A DNA stretch of 64,000 nucleotides, from contig CAUVWX020000001.1 in the NCBI GenBank assembly GCA_963555815.3, positions 1,312,001 through 1,376,000 on the forward strand, written 5' to 3'. The stretch is from a bacterium. GTDB lineage: Bacteria > UBA8248 > JACPRG01 > G963555815. The translations under genes were made by a program, and so were the position numbers. Position 1 is the stretch's first letter. Every line of letters begins with the position of its first letter. Below the pieces are notes generated by a model, which did no database searches, had not been told where the DNA came from, and saw nothing but the letters and a program-made list of their open reading frames with translations. Below, one piece after another: positions 39,060-49,065 of the stretch.

Positions 39060-40803
39060 TTATGGGCTTAGCGTTCCTGGTAAGGTCGGTTGTGAAAGAC
39101 CACGCCCCACAACGCCCGGCGTGTGAAATCGCTTTCCTTCCAGAATTTCATCGACTGTCAGCATCTGCATCCGGCTGTATTTGACCCCATCAATCTCCAG
39201 ATCCCCGGCTTGCGCCATATCCCGGTGAAAATTCCGGTCCTTCGTTTGCCCTAGAGGGTCCATGATGATCAACCCCGCCAGGAGAGCCTCGTCATTGTCT
39301 AGGACGCCCCTAAGGGCGCGTACTGCGTTAATGTTCACGTTCTTTCCGCCCTTGACCTCAATCGCCACACTCTGAAGGGTTTTCTCTCTCGGAATGGCGA
39401 AGTACAGGCGACCATCAATCCCACCGTCCGTCGTTCGTTTCGTGGTAACGAATCCGTCCACCTCTTCAACCGCCCATTTCTGGAAATGGTACTTATCCCG
39501 CGTCCATAGATCTTTTGCACCTTCGATGGTCCGTGGGACGCCGTCAATGATGAAATCTTGGCCTTCCACCAATCCAAGGCGATCCTGTAATCTAACCTTT
39601 GTCACCCGCTTTATGGCGTGAATTGCAATGTCGATCCCGATCCATCGGCGGCCTTCGATGTGGGCGGCCTCAAGCGTTGTGGCGCATCCGCAAAACGGGT
39701 CCATGACAACGTCTCCTGTATTCGACGAGACGTTTATTATTCGATTAAGGAGTCCTGCGGGCTTCTGCGTTTTATAACCGAGGCGTTCCGGTGACGTTGG
39801 ACCGAGCCACATGACATCTTCATCAATGCCTTCGTCGGTGCCAAAAAGCGTCCCGTCCGTGTAGGGTTGATATGCCCAAATATCTTGGTACGGTTGGCCA
39901 TCTTCCGCTTTGAGATATCTCACAGGATGAGGCCACGCTGCGCCATCTTTAATTTCAATCAACTCCATTTCATACAATGCTTCAAGCCTCTCTAAAACGC
40001 CTGCGCTTGTCTTCTCATGTGGAAGTTGCTCATTCAAGAAGGTTGGTATGGCCCAATGCCGGTTTTTTGCTGTTGGATCAAAACACCGCCACGTCTCGCC
40101 AGATTCTCCGCCAGAAACTCCTGCTCCAGTAAGAATGTTGCCACCGGTGATCTGTTTAGATTTTCCCGACGGATCAATTTTGTACCGTTTTTCAACGTGC
40201 TCCTTTGAATATGCCCTCTTATGGATATTGAACTTGTAATTGTCCGACGCGCTATAGAACAGTAGCGTATCGTGAATTGCTCCATAAGTTCGACGGCTAT
40301 TATGAGAGCCTGTGCGTCTCCAGATAATTTCATTGCGGAAGTTTGAATGTCCGAAAATGGCGTCCATCATGACCTTGATGTAGTGGCTGGCGTTCGGGTC
40401 GCAATGGAGGTATATCGAGCCCGTCGGCTTAAGGATGATCTTCATCTGGATCAACCGTTCCACCATGTAGGACAGATATGCTAGAAGGCGCGGATTCGTT
40501 GCTCTCAATGCGTTCATCCAAAGCTTCCAGAATTCCGCAACCTCATCTTCTATCCCGGCGTCCCGCATGAGAACCGGCATGGTGCGGATCGCGCGTTCCC
40601 GTTCCTCGTCCAGGGTCCAGAGATCGCAGAACGCCTCAATCTGGTCCGGCAACGGTTCGCCCGGTTTCATCCTTATAAATCGCGTTGTACTCGCGGTTTG
40701 AATTGAAGGGCGGATCCAGGTAAATCAGATCAACGCTGTGCTTCCGCATTTCCTGGAAGATGGTCAAACAGTCTCCGTAAAAAAGCTTGTTGGGGCCGCT
40801 CAT
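39060..40803 (-). CDS. beta-class N6-adenine/N4-cytosine DNA methyltransferase fused to a C-terminal PD-(D/E)XK (Mrr-like) endonuclease domain (apparent +1 frameshift at about 40656)
   Basis: LIYLDPPFNS (motif IV), GSIYLHCD, YKTQKP, DPFCGCATT (motif I), then DGGIDG..IEVKGG; frames join KDETGR|PLPDQIE on removing one A. Confidence 0.87.
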
Positions 40804-41676
40804 GCGAAGCATCCCCGCATGAACAGGCCGAAGGAATCCTCGTCCTTCCGGTGGTTGTACTTCCAGCAAGCCTCTGCAACATAGAGCGGCGTGTAGTGCT
40901 TGCGGTAATGGTGATGCGATCCGTACCATGCCCGCTTGAGAAGCGCCCAAAATTCTTCAATCGTGTTCGTGTGCGTATCGCCGTCGGCATAGCTTTCCCT
41001 GATGGTTGATGACGGCATGCTTGAACCTGGACCAGACCGCTCGATAGGATTTATATTCGTCTGTGATGAGCAAAGAGCCGTCGGGGTTGACCGTATTCTT
41101 GATGAAGTCGAGAACCCCGCGGCCCGTCATGTCGGTGACGACCTGGGCGACAACCTTTCCGCCCCTTTCTACCGCCCCTATGACCGGGATCTTGCTAGTT
41201 CCGCGCCCGCGAGGATTGGGCTTGTCTTCATCCCGCCTGTTTCCCTTCCTGGGCTTGCCCCCGATGTAGCATTCATCCGCCTCGACAATACCCTGAAGGG
41301 GCGGTCCCTGTTCAGCGGCCATTGCCGACCGGATGCGAACCTGTAAAAACCAGGCGGTCGGTTGCGTGAGTTCAAGATCTCTGGCAAGCTGGCAACTGGA
41401 AATGCTTTTCTTGGCGTGGACGATCAGCCCAATGGCAAGGAACCACTTTTGAATCGGGATTCTGGTTTTCTCGAAGATCGTCCCGGATAAGACATTGAAG
41501 CTGGACCTGCAATCGTAGCAATTCCAGCGTCCGATCCGGTCCTTTTCCGCTTTTGCGGCAACCTTGATGCTTCCGCAAAAAGGGCAACATGGCGTATTGC
41601 CCCATCGGATATTCTCAAGGTGTTCAAGGCAGGCTTCTTGATCTGGGAAGCGGTGGAAGATGGTGAGCAGGTTCAT
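40800..41676 (-). CDS. IS1595-family (ISXO2-like) DDE transposase (apparent +1 frameshift at about 40998)
   Basis: Zn ribbon CPFCG..CYDC, GTIFEKTRIP, ISSCQLAR, VEADECYIGG, ITDEY, VINHQ|ESYADGDTHTNTIEEFWALLKR. Confidence 0.92.
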
Positions 41677-41680
41677 TCTG

Positions 41681-41965
41681 TCACTCCTCCCCCATGAAGG
41701 CATCTATTTCGTATTCCAGAATGCCATTCCAAAGGGAATATAAAATTCGCGTGGATAAGCAGGAAGTTGTCTTCAGGTAGGCCTCCTCCTTGGACATAAA
41801 TGATTCGGCTCGTATGTACCCACTTCTGGCGTTCAATAGGCCGTGGGTGTCCTTAAGCCACAGGACGTAATCTTTCGATTCCTCATCGTAGGCGATATGT
41901 CCCAGCTCTTCGGTTCTGTCCCCGCGATACTGGATGAGTTTGTCTCCATCCCAATAAATTTCCAT
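41681..41965 (-). CDS. hypothetical protein (94 aa) inside the IS
   Basis: ATG ORF with protein-like composition lying between the TIR and the transposase; its end overlaps the transposase RBS (GGAGGAG-TGA). Confidence 0.6.
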   Translation of the reverse strand: MEIYWDGDKLIQYRGDRTEELGHIAYDEESKDYVLWLKDTHGLLNARSGYIRAESFMSKEEAYLKTTSCLSTRILYSLWNGILEYEIDAFMGEE

Positions 41966-42437
41966 CCTTGAGAATATATACTCTCACCCCGCTCCCGTCA
42001 AGCCCATAACTTATAATTCCGTAGAAAATTTCCGGGAGAAAGGTCCGGGAGAAAGGTTCTCTCCCACCCATTCCCACAAAAATTTCCCTCAGCTCTCCCG
42101 GTAGCTGATTCTTTCAGTCTTTGAGGAAGAGTTCCTCTATGCGTTTCCTTACCCGAAAAGCTTAATCTTACCCGCCCTTCCGGGTCCTCCCAGCTCCTCC
42201 TTGACTCTGAAGTCGCCGATGTGTTCCCATTCTCCATATTCTGGAATAAGCAGGATGAGCAAGGCAGATGGGGGGCGAGCCATGAGGCGACCTCTCGGGA
42301 GTGGGTGCGCCGAGGATCAATGGATTTTTGTGGTATCACCCGCCCTTAAGGGGCAGGTTCCATTCGTTTCCCTGAAGATTCACCCCTTCTGGGTTTAAAG
42401 CTCGAGGGGAAGGGTGGCGTGGTGGGGGCGAGTCGTG

Positions 42438-44498
42438 ATGACGGAAAAGCAAATCGATAAACTGTGCGTCAATACCATTCGTACGTTGTCCATTGATGCT
42501 GTCCAACAGGCGAACTCCGGTCACCCTGGAACGGCCATGGCGATGGCGCCGGTGGTCTATTGCCTGTGGCAGCGGTTTTTACGTTTTGACCCCGACGACC
42601 CGATCTGGCCCAACCGGGACCGTTTTGTGCTTTCCATCGGCCACGCCTCGATGCTGCTCTATTCCATGCTGCATCTCTGCGGCTCAAAAGCCGTGAACCC
42701 TAAATACGAACGGCTGGGCGAACTGTCGGTAACCCTCGACGACATCAAACGATTTCGCCAGCTTGACAGCAAATGTCCTGGCCATCCGGAATACCGGTGG
42801 ACCTCCGGCGTTGAGACGACCACGGGGCCGTTGGGCCAGGGGGTGGCGGCGAGTGTCGGCATAGCCATGGCCGGGCGATGGATGGCCCATTATTTCAATC
42901 GCCAGAATTTTGAGATGTTCAACTACGACATCTACACCCTTTGTGGAGACGGTTGCATGATGGAGGGGGTGTCCAGCGAGGCCGCCTCGCTGGCTGGCCA
43001 CCTAAAACTTTCCAATCTCTGCTGGGTCTACGACAACAACAAAATCACAATAGAAGGCCACACAGACTGGGCTTTTTCCGACGACGTGGCAACGAGGTTT
43101 ATCGCCTACGGCTGGAATGTGACCCGCGTGGGTGACGCCAATGACCTGGAGATGCTCGAACGAGCCTTCCAGACTTTTAAGAACTCTTGTGACAGGCCCA
43201 CCCTCATCATCGTCGATAGCCATATCGCCTACGGTTCGCCGAACAAGCAAGACACCAGCGCGGCGCACGGCGAGCCGCTGGGCGAAGAGGAAATCAAGCT
43301 GACGAAGCGGAATTACGGCTGGCCGGAGGATGCCAAATTTCTCGTGCCTGAAGGAGTCCGCGAACATTTTCAAGAGAAGATGGGCAAGCGCGGGCGTACC
43401 CAACGCGAGGCCTGGATGGCGAGATTCAACGACTACCAGACTCAATATCCGGAGTTGGCCGACCACCTCTACAAAATGCAGCACCGCCAGCTTCCCGAGG
43501 GTTGGGACAAAGATTTGCCCACATTTCCGCCTGACCCCAAAGGGGCGGCCGGGCGGGACGCGTCAGGGAAGGTCCTTAATGCCATCGCCCGGACCGTGCC
43601 GTGGCTGATTGGCGGCTCTGCCGACCTTTCCCCCTCCACCAAAACCCGCCTGACCTTCGAGGGAGCGGGAGATTTCACCGCCGAGAACTTTGGTGGGCGC
43701 AACTTCCACTTCGGCGTCCGCGAGAATGCGATGGCGTCCATCTTGAACGGGATGTCGCACTGCAAGGCCCGACCGTATGGGTCTGGATTCCTGATCTTCA
43801 GCGATTACTGTCGGCCTGCGATTAGATTGGGCGCGCTCATGGAACTCCCGGTCATCTATGTCTTCACGCACGACTCGATTGGGGTCGGGGAGGACGGGCC
43901 GACTCACCAGCCCGTCGAGCAGCTGGCTTCCTTGCGAGCGGTCCCCGGGCTCATCACGCTTCGCCCAGCGGACGCCAATGAGGTCGTCGAAGGCTGGCGC
44001 GTGATCATGCAGCTTCGCCACGAGCCAGTGGCTCTCGTGCTGTCCCGACAGCGGCTACCCATCTTGGACCGCTCCAAGTACGCTTCGGCCTCCGGACTTG
44101 CAAGAGGGGCCTATGTGCTGGTGGACGCCTACGGCGGAAATCCGGACATCTTGCTTTTGGCCAGCGGCAGCGAAGTCTGGCTGTGTATTCATGCATACGA
44201 GCAGTTGAAGGCGGAGGGTGTCAAAGCCCGCGTGGTGAGCATGCCGTCGTGGGAGCTATTCGAGCAGCAAAGCCAGGAGTACCGGGACGGCGTCATCCCC
44301 CCCGAAATCACCGCGCGAGTTTCTGTGGAGCAGGCCTCAACCTTAGGGTGGGCTCGATACGTTGGTTTGAGCGGCCACAGCATCGGGATGGAGACATTTG
44401 GCGCTTCGGCGCCACTGAAAGAGTTGCAAAAAAAGTTTGGATTCACCCCCGAGCACGTGGTTGCCACAGCTAAAGCGCAATTGGTGAAAGCGAGATAA
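42438..44498 (+). CDS. tkt: transketolase
   Basis: SGHPG, NRDRFVLS.GH, GHPE, TTGPLGQG, GDGCMMEG, THDSIGVGEDGPTHQP. Confidence 0.97.
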   Translation: MTEKQIDKLCVNTIRTLSIDAVQQANSGHPGTAMAMAPVVYCLWQRFLRFDPDDPIWPNRDRFVLSIGHASMLLYSMLHLCGSKAVNPKYERLGELSVTLDDIKRFRQLDSKCPGHPEYRWTSGVETTTGPLGQGVAASVGIAMAGRWMAHYFNRQNFEMFNYDIYTLCGDGCMMEGVSSEAASLAGHLKLSNLCWVYDNNKITIEGHTDWAFSDDVATRFIAYGWNVTRVGDANDLEMLERAFQTFKNSCDRPTLIIVDSHIAYGSPNKQDTSAAHGEPLGEEEIKLTKRNYGWPEDAKFLVPEGVREHFQEKMGKRGRTQREAWMARFNDYQTQYPELADHLYKMQHRQLPEGWDKDLPTFPPDPKGAAGRDASGKVLNAIARTVPWLIGGSADLSPSTKTRLTFEGAGDFTAENFGGRNFHFGVRENAMASILNGMSHCKARPYGSGFLIFSDYCRPAIRLGALMELPVIYVFTHDSIGVGEDGPTHQPVEQLASLRAVPGLITLRPADANEVVEGWRVIMQLRHEPVALVLSRQRLPILDRSKYASASGLARGAYVLVDAYGGNPDILLLASGSEVWLCIHAYEQLKAEGVKARVVSMPSWELFEQQSQEYRDGVIPPEITARVSVEQASTLGWARYVGLSGHSIGMETFGASAPLKELQKKFGFTPEHVVATAKAQLVKAR

Positions 44499-44501
44499 GC
44501 C

Positions 44502-44981
44502 ATGCGAATCGCGATTGGGGCCGATCACGCAGGGTTCGAATTGAAGAAAAGCATGGTGGCTTACCTTCGCGAACTGGAGCACGAGATCGTGGACGTGGGC
44601 ACGCACAGCACCGATCCGGTGGACTACCCGGACTTTGCCGAGGCCGTCGGGATGGCCCTTTGGGATGGGCGGGCAGAGCGGGGCATTCTGATCTGCGGCA
44701 GCGGGGTTGGCGCGGCCATAGCGAGCAACAAGCTTCCCAACATTCGAGCAGGGCTCTGTCACGACACCTATTCGGCTCACCAGGGCGTGGAGCACGACGA
44801 TATGAACGTCCTGGTGCTGGGTGGACGTGTGATCGGCCCTGTGCTGGCCGAGGAGCTTGTTCGTGCGTTCCTGGGGGCGGAGTTCGAAGGTGAGGAGCGC
44901 CACCGCCGGAGACTCGAAAAGGTCTCAGCGCTGGAGGCGCGCTACGGCAGCCAGGCGAAGACCTTGAAGGAGAAGAAGTAG
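44502..44981 (+). CDS. rpiB: ribose-5-phosphate isomerase B
   Basis: [32 protein letters not shown]. Confidence 0.95.
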   Translation: MRIAIGADHAGFELKKSMVAYLRELEHEIVDVGTHSTDPVDYPDFAEAVGMALWDGRAERGILICGSGVGAAIASNKLPNIRAGLCHDTYSAHQGVEHDDMNVLVLGGRVIGPVLAEELVRAFLGAEFEGEERHRRRLEKVSALEARYGSQAKTLKEKK

Positions 44982-47830
44982 TGAACCCTTTGAGAGCGCT
45001 GAACCCATACGGCCAATCCCCCTGGTTGGACTACATTCGGCGAAGTCTCATCACGGGTGGCGAGTTGCAGCGCCTGGTGGATGAGGATGGATTGGGGGGC
45101 GTCACCTCGAACCCGGCCATCTTTGAGAAGGCAATCACCGGCAGCACGGATTACGCAGATGCCCTGGAGGCCCTTCAGGACAAAGATTTGAGCCCCATGT
45201 CAACGTACGAGCAACTGGCCATCCGGGATATTCAAGACGCCGCCGACGTGTTGAGGCCAGTCTATGAGAAAACGAAAAGGCGTGATGGCTACGTCAGTTT
45301 CGAGGTCTCGCCCTATCAGGCTCACAACACAGAGGGAACAATAGAGGAGGCAAGACGGCTTTGGCGGGCCGTCGGGCGCGACAATCTGATGATCAAAGTG
45401 CCGGCCACGACCGAAGGCATCCCCGCCGTCGAACAGCTCATCAGTGAGGGCATCAACGTCAACGTCACCCTGCTCTTTGCCCGGAAGACCTACGAACGCG
45501 TTGCCGAAGCCTACATCGCGGGTCTGGAAACGCGCAGAGCGCGGGATGGTGATGTGAGTGAGATCGCCAGCGTCGCCAGTTTTTTCATCAGCCGCATTGA
45601 CGCTGCCATTACCGCCGTTGCGAAGGCTCGACTCAAGACCGCCAAAGATGAAGAACGTGCGCTGTTGCGAAGCGTCATGGGTAAAATTGCCATTGCCAAC
45701 GCGAAGCTGACCTATCAACGGTATAAGAGGATTTTTGAGGGCGATCGCTGGCAGGCGCTCGCAAACGCGGGCGCGCGAACTCAGCGCGTCTTGTGGGCAA
45801 GCACGAGCACCAAGGACCCGAATTACCGCGACGTGCTTTATGTCGAGGAACTCATCGGTCCTGATACGGTGAACACGATTCCCCCGTCTACTTTCGACGC
45901 ATTTCGGGATCACGGGCGCCCCCGTGCGAGCCTCGAAGAGGATGTCGAGGCCGCCCGTGACACAATGGAAACGCTCGAGCAATTAAATATCTCAATGAAA
46001 GATGTCACCGACAATCTACTCAGGGACGGGGTGCGACTGTTCGCCGAGGCCTTTGATAAATTGCTGAACGCGGTGGACAAGAAGTGCAGAAGGACATCGG
46101 ATGCGCAAGTCAACCGGCAGTCTTACACCCTGCCGGAGGATCTCACGGCCCAGGTCAAGGCGTCCCTCGAGGATTGGCGAATCAACGGCAAGGTGCGCAG
46201 GCTCTGGGCGCGTGACGCGTCTCTGTGGACGGGTTCGGACGAGGGGAGTTGGCTCGGTTGGTTGGGAATCACCGAGGACCAGCTGGCGCACAGTCAACAC
46301 CTTCGAGAAATTGCCGGTGAGGTGAAAGCCGAGGGGTTCTCGCACGTCCTGCTTCTCGGCATGGGCGGGTCAAGCCTGGGCCCGGAAGTGCTGAAAATGA
46401 CGTTTGGCAGAATTAGTGGGTATCCCGAGTTGCACGTCCTCGACTCCACTGATCCTTCGCAGATCAAAGCGACCGAAAACAAAGTGGATCTCGCCAACAC
46501 CCTCTTCATCGTGTCTAGCAAGTCGGGCACGACACTGGAACCCAATATCTTCAAACAATATTTCTTTGAGCGGGTAAAGGAAGTCGTCGGCGCTGACAAA
46601 GTGGGCGATCGTTTCATCGCCATCACGGACCCCGACTCGAAGCTCCAGCAAGTCGCTGAAGGTGACGACTTCCGTCACGTTTTCTATGGCGTGCCCAGTA
46701 TCGGTGGCCGGTACTCAGTGCTGTCCGACTTCGGCATGGTGCCGGCGGCGATCGCCGGCATTGACGCCCCGAAATTTTTGGACCGTGCCGATGAGATGGC
46801 GATTTCGTGCTCGTCGTGCCTCCCAGCAAAGGACAACCCTGGCGTGGTGCTGGGCACCATCTTGGGCGTCTTGGCCAAAGGCGGACGTGACAAGGTGACC
46901 CTGATCAGCTCGCCCGGCATCTGGGGTTTTGGCGCATGGCTGGAGCAGTTGCTCGCGGAGTCAACTGGCAAGGGGGGAGAAGGGCTCATCCCTGTTGACT
47001 GCGAGCAGTTGGGCCCCCCCAGCGTGTACGGCGACGATCGCGTGTTCGTCTATGTGAGATTGGAATCCGGGCCGGATGAGTCTCAGGATGCGGCGATTTC
47101 AGCCCTCGAGCAGGCCGGGCAGCCTGTGATCCGCATCTCGGCCGCTGACCCCTACGATTTGGGCCAAGAGTATTTCCGCTGGGAAATTGCAACGGCGGTG
47201 GCAGGCTCCATCATGCATATCAACCCATTCAACCAGCCAGACGTGGAAGCGAGCAAGGTGGCGACGCAGAAGTTGACGACTGAATATGAAAGGACAGGCT
47301 CGCTCCCGTCTGAGACGCCGTTGCTGGAAGTGAACGGAAACAAATTGTTCGCAGACGAGAAGAACGCCGCGTCGTTGACGGCGGCAGCGGGACAGGACAA
47401 GTCACTGGTTGGTTATCTCCGAGCACACGTGAACCGACTCAAGGCCGGCGATTATTTTGCGCTCCTGGCCTATATCGAAATGAATGAGGCCCACGAAGAA
47501 CGGCTTCAGGCGATGCGTCATGCTGTCCGCGACCGGCATCGTGTGGCAACGTGTCTGGGCTTCGGTCCCCGCTTCTTGCATTCGACAGGACAGGCGTACA
47601 AAGGTGGACCCAACACCGGCGTCTTCTTGCAAATCACCTGCGACGATGCCGTGGACCTGCCCGTGCCCGGACAGAAATACACTTTTGGTGTCGTGAAGGC
47701 GGCGCAGGCGCGTGGCGACCTCCAGGTGCTGGCGGATCGGGATAGACGCGCGCTGCGAATTCATTTGGGCGCCGACGTGCTGGGTGGTTTGACGACCTTG
47801 GAGATAGCCGTTCGCCAGGCGTTGGCTTAG
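44981..47830 (+). CDS. tal-pgi: bifunctional transaldolase / glucose-6-phosphate isomerase
   Basis: GVTSNPAIF, MIKVPAT, NVTLLF, LWASTSTK (Tal); GMGGSSLG, SSKSGTT, GGRYS, EQLLAESTGK, FNQPDVE (Pgi). Confidence 0.94.
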   Translation: MNPLRALNPYGQSPWLDYIRRSLITGGELQRLVDEDGLGGVTSNPAIFEKAITGSTDYADALEALQDKDLSPMSTYEQLAIRDIQDAADVLRPVYEKTKRRDGYVSFEVSPYQAHNTEGTIEEARRLWRAVGRDNLMIKVPATTEGIPAVEQLISEGINVNVTLLFARKTYERVAEAYIAGLETRRARDGDVSEIASVASFFISRIDAAITAVAKARLKTAKDEERALLRSVMGKIAIANAKLTYQRYKRIFEGDRWQALANAGARTQRVLWASTSTKDPNYRDVLYVEELIGPDTVNTIPPSTFDAFRDHGRPRASLEEDVEAARDTMETLEQLNISMKDVTDNLLRDGVRLFAEAFDKLLNAVDKKCRRTSDAQVNRQSYTLPEDLTAQVKASLEDWRINGKVRRLWARDASLWTGSDEGSWLGWLGITEDQLAHSQHLREIAGEVKAEGFSHVLLLGMGGSSLGPEVLKMTFGRISGYPELHVLDSTDPSQIKATENKVDLANTLFIVSSKSGTTLEPNIFKQYFFERVKEVVGADKVGDRFIAITDPDSKLQQVAEGDDFRHVFYGVPSIGGRYSVLSDFGMVPAAIAGIDAPKFLDRADEMAISCSSCLPAKDNPGVVLGTILGVLAKGGRDKVTLISSPGIWGFGAWLEQLLAESTGKGGEGLIPVDCEQLGPPSVYGDDRVFVYVRLESGPDESQDAAISALEQAGQPVIRISAADPYDLGQEYFRWEIATAVAGSIMHINPFNQPDVEASKVATQKLTTEYERTGSLPSETPLLEVNGNKLFADEKNAASLTAAAGQDKSLVGYLRAHVNRLKAGDYFALLAYIEMNEAHEERLQAMRHAVRDRHRVATCLGFGPRFLHSTGQAYKGGPNTGVFLQITCDDAVDLPVPGQKYTFGVVKAAQARGDLQVLADRDRRALRIHLGADVLGGLTTLEIAVRQALA

Positions 47831-47958
47831 GGAAACGAAAAAATTTCTAAGCGAATCAGCTTGCAGACGGTCTAGGGCCCAGGAGAGGGGAAGACGAACC
47901 CTTTGACGTCCCCGCGCTCTCTGCGGTGATAGGCGACTTCCAGAAAGGGGCGACAGAC

Positions 47959-48942
47959 ATGCAGCTCGGCATGATTGGTCTGGGAAGAATGGGCGCCAAC
48001 ATGGTGCGCCGCTTGATGCAGGGTGGGCATCAGTGTGTGGTGTTCGACCTGAACCCCGATCACGTGAAGCGGCTGGCCGGCGAAGGGGCAACCGGCGCGA
48101 CGTCACTGGACAATTTTGTGAGCAAACTGACCACTCCACGGGTGGCGTGGGTCATGGTGCCCGCCGGGTCGCCGACAGAGCAGACCGTCGGAGCGCTGGC
48201 CGAGCGGATGGAGGCTGACGACATCATCATCGATGGCGGCAATTCATACTTTAAAGATGATGTGAGGCGGGCAGGGGTTCTGAAGGAGAGGCGTATTCAT
48301 TACGTGGACGTGGGCACAAGCGGTGGCATCTGGGGTGTGGAACGGGGTTACTGCCTGATGATCGGTGGAGAGACAGAAGCCGTCAAACATCTGGCGCCCC
48401 TTTTCAAGACGCTTGCCCCGGGGCGTGGCGAGATCCCCCGTACCCCAGGACGCGAGAGCATGAAGGGCACTGCCGAGGACGGCCACTACCACTGCGGTCC
48501 GCCCGGCGCCGGCCATTTCGTTAAAATGGTCCACAATGGCATCGAATACGGATTGATGCAGGCTTATGCCGAGGGCTTTGACATCTTGCGGAACGCTCAC
48601 TCAAAGGACCTGCCCGAAGAGCACCGCTATGACCTTGACATGGCCGACATTGCGGAGGTGTGGCGGCGCGGCAGCGTGGTTGGCTCATGGCTGCTCGATC
48701 TGACGGCGATGGCTCTCGCAGAGGACCCGACGCTTTCCAATTTTACGGGCTTTGTGCAGGATTCTGGCGAAGGTCGCTGGGCGATTATGGCTGCCATTGA
48801 GGAGGCGGTGCCCGCCGACGTCCTCTCCGCATCGCTCTACACGCGTTTCAGATCCCGGCAGGAGCACACATTTGCTGAAAAGTTACTGTCGGGCATGAGG
48901 CACAAATTCGGCGGGCATGTCGAACGCCCCTCGGGAGGCTAG
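47959..48942 (+). CDS. gnd: 6-phosphogluconate dehydrogenase, decarboxylating (short form)
   Basis: [38 protein letters not shown]. Confidence 0.95.
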   Translation: MQLGMIGLGRMGANMVRRLMQGGHQCVVFDLNPDHVKRLAGEGATGATSLDNFVSKLTTPRVAWVMVPAGSPTEQTVGALAERMEADDIIIDGGNSYFKDDVRRAGVLKERRIHYVDVGTSGGIWGVERGYCLMIGGETEAVKHLAPLFKTLAPGRGEIPRTPGRESMKGTAEDGHYHCGPPGAGHFVKMVHNGIEYGLMQAYAEGFDILRNAHSKDLPEEHRYDLDMADIAEVWRRGSVVGSWLLDLTAMALAEDPTLSNFTGFVQDSGEGRWAIMAAIEEAVPADVLSASLYTRFRSRQEHTFAEKLLSGMRHKFGGHVERPSGG

Positions 48943-49065
48943 AAATGTGCGAAAAAGAGATCGCAGGCTAGAGGCTGATCAAACGTCACCGTTTATCAGC
49001 TCTTCGTCCTACTATTGCTGTCGGTTCATTGAGGGAGAGGGAAAGAGGTAAAATCTGGCAAGGAG

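Larger units (their letters stand above)
39048..42021 (-). mobile_element. IS1595-family element carrying passenger genes (tIS; ISNha5/ISNwi1-like ends)
   Basis: Terminal inverted repeats CGGAATCATAAGTTATGGGCTT (39048-39069) and AAGCCCATAACTTATAATTCCG (42000-42021), 21/22 identical; they enclose a 94-aa ORF, the transposase and a methyltransferase; no matching TSD seen. Confidence 0.88.

Noticed and set aside
40990..41000. Programmed -1 frameshift in the transposase
   Set aside because: The required correction removes one base rather than a -1 slip, and IS1595 transposases are normally single ORFs.
42060..42400. Short ORFs between the IS and tkt
   Set aside because: No recognisable motifs or RBS; probably promoter sequence or gene remnant.
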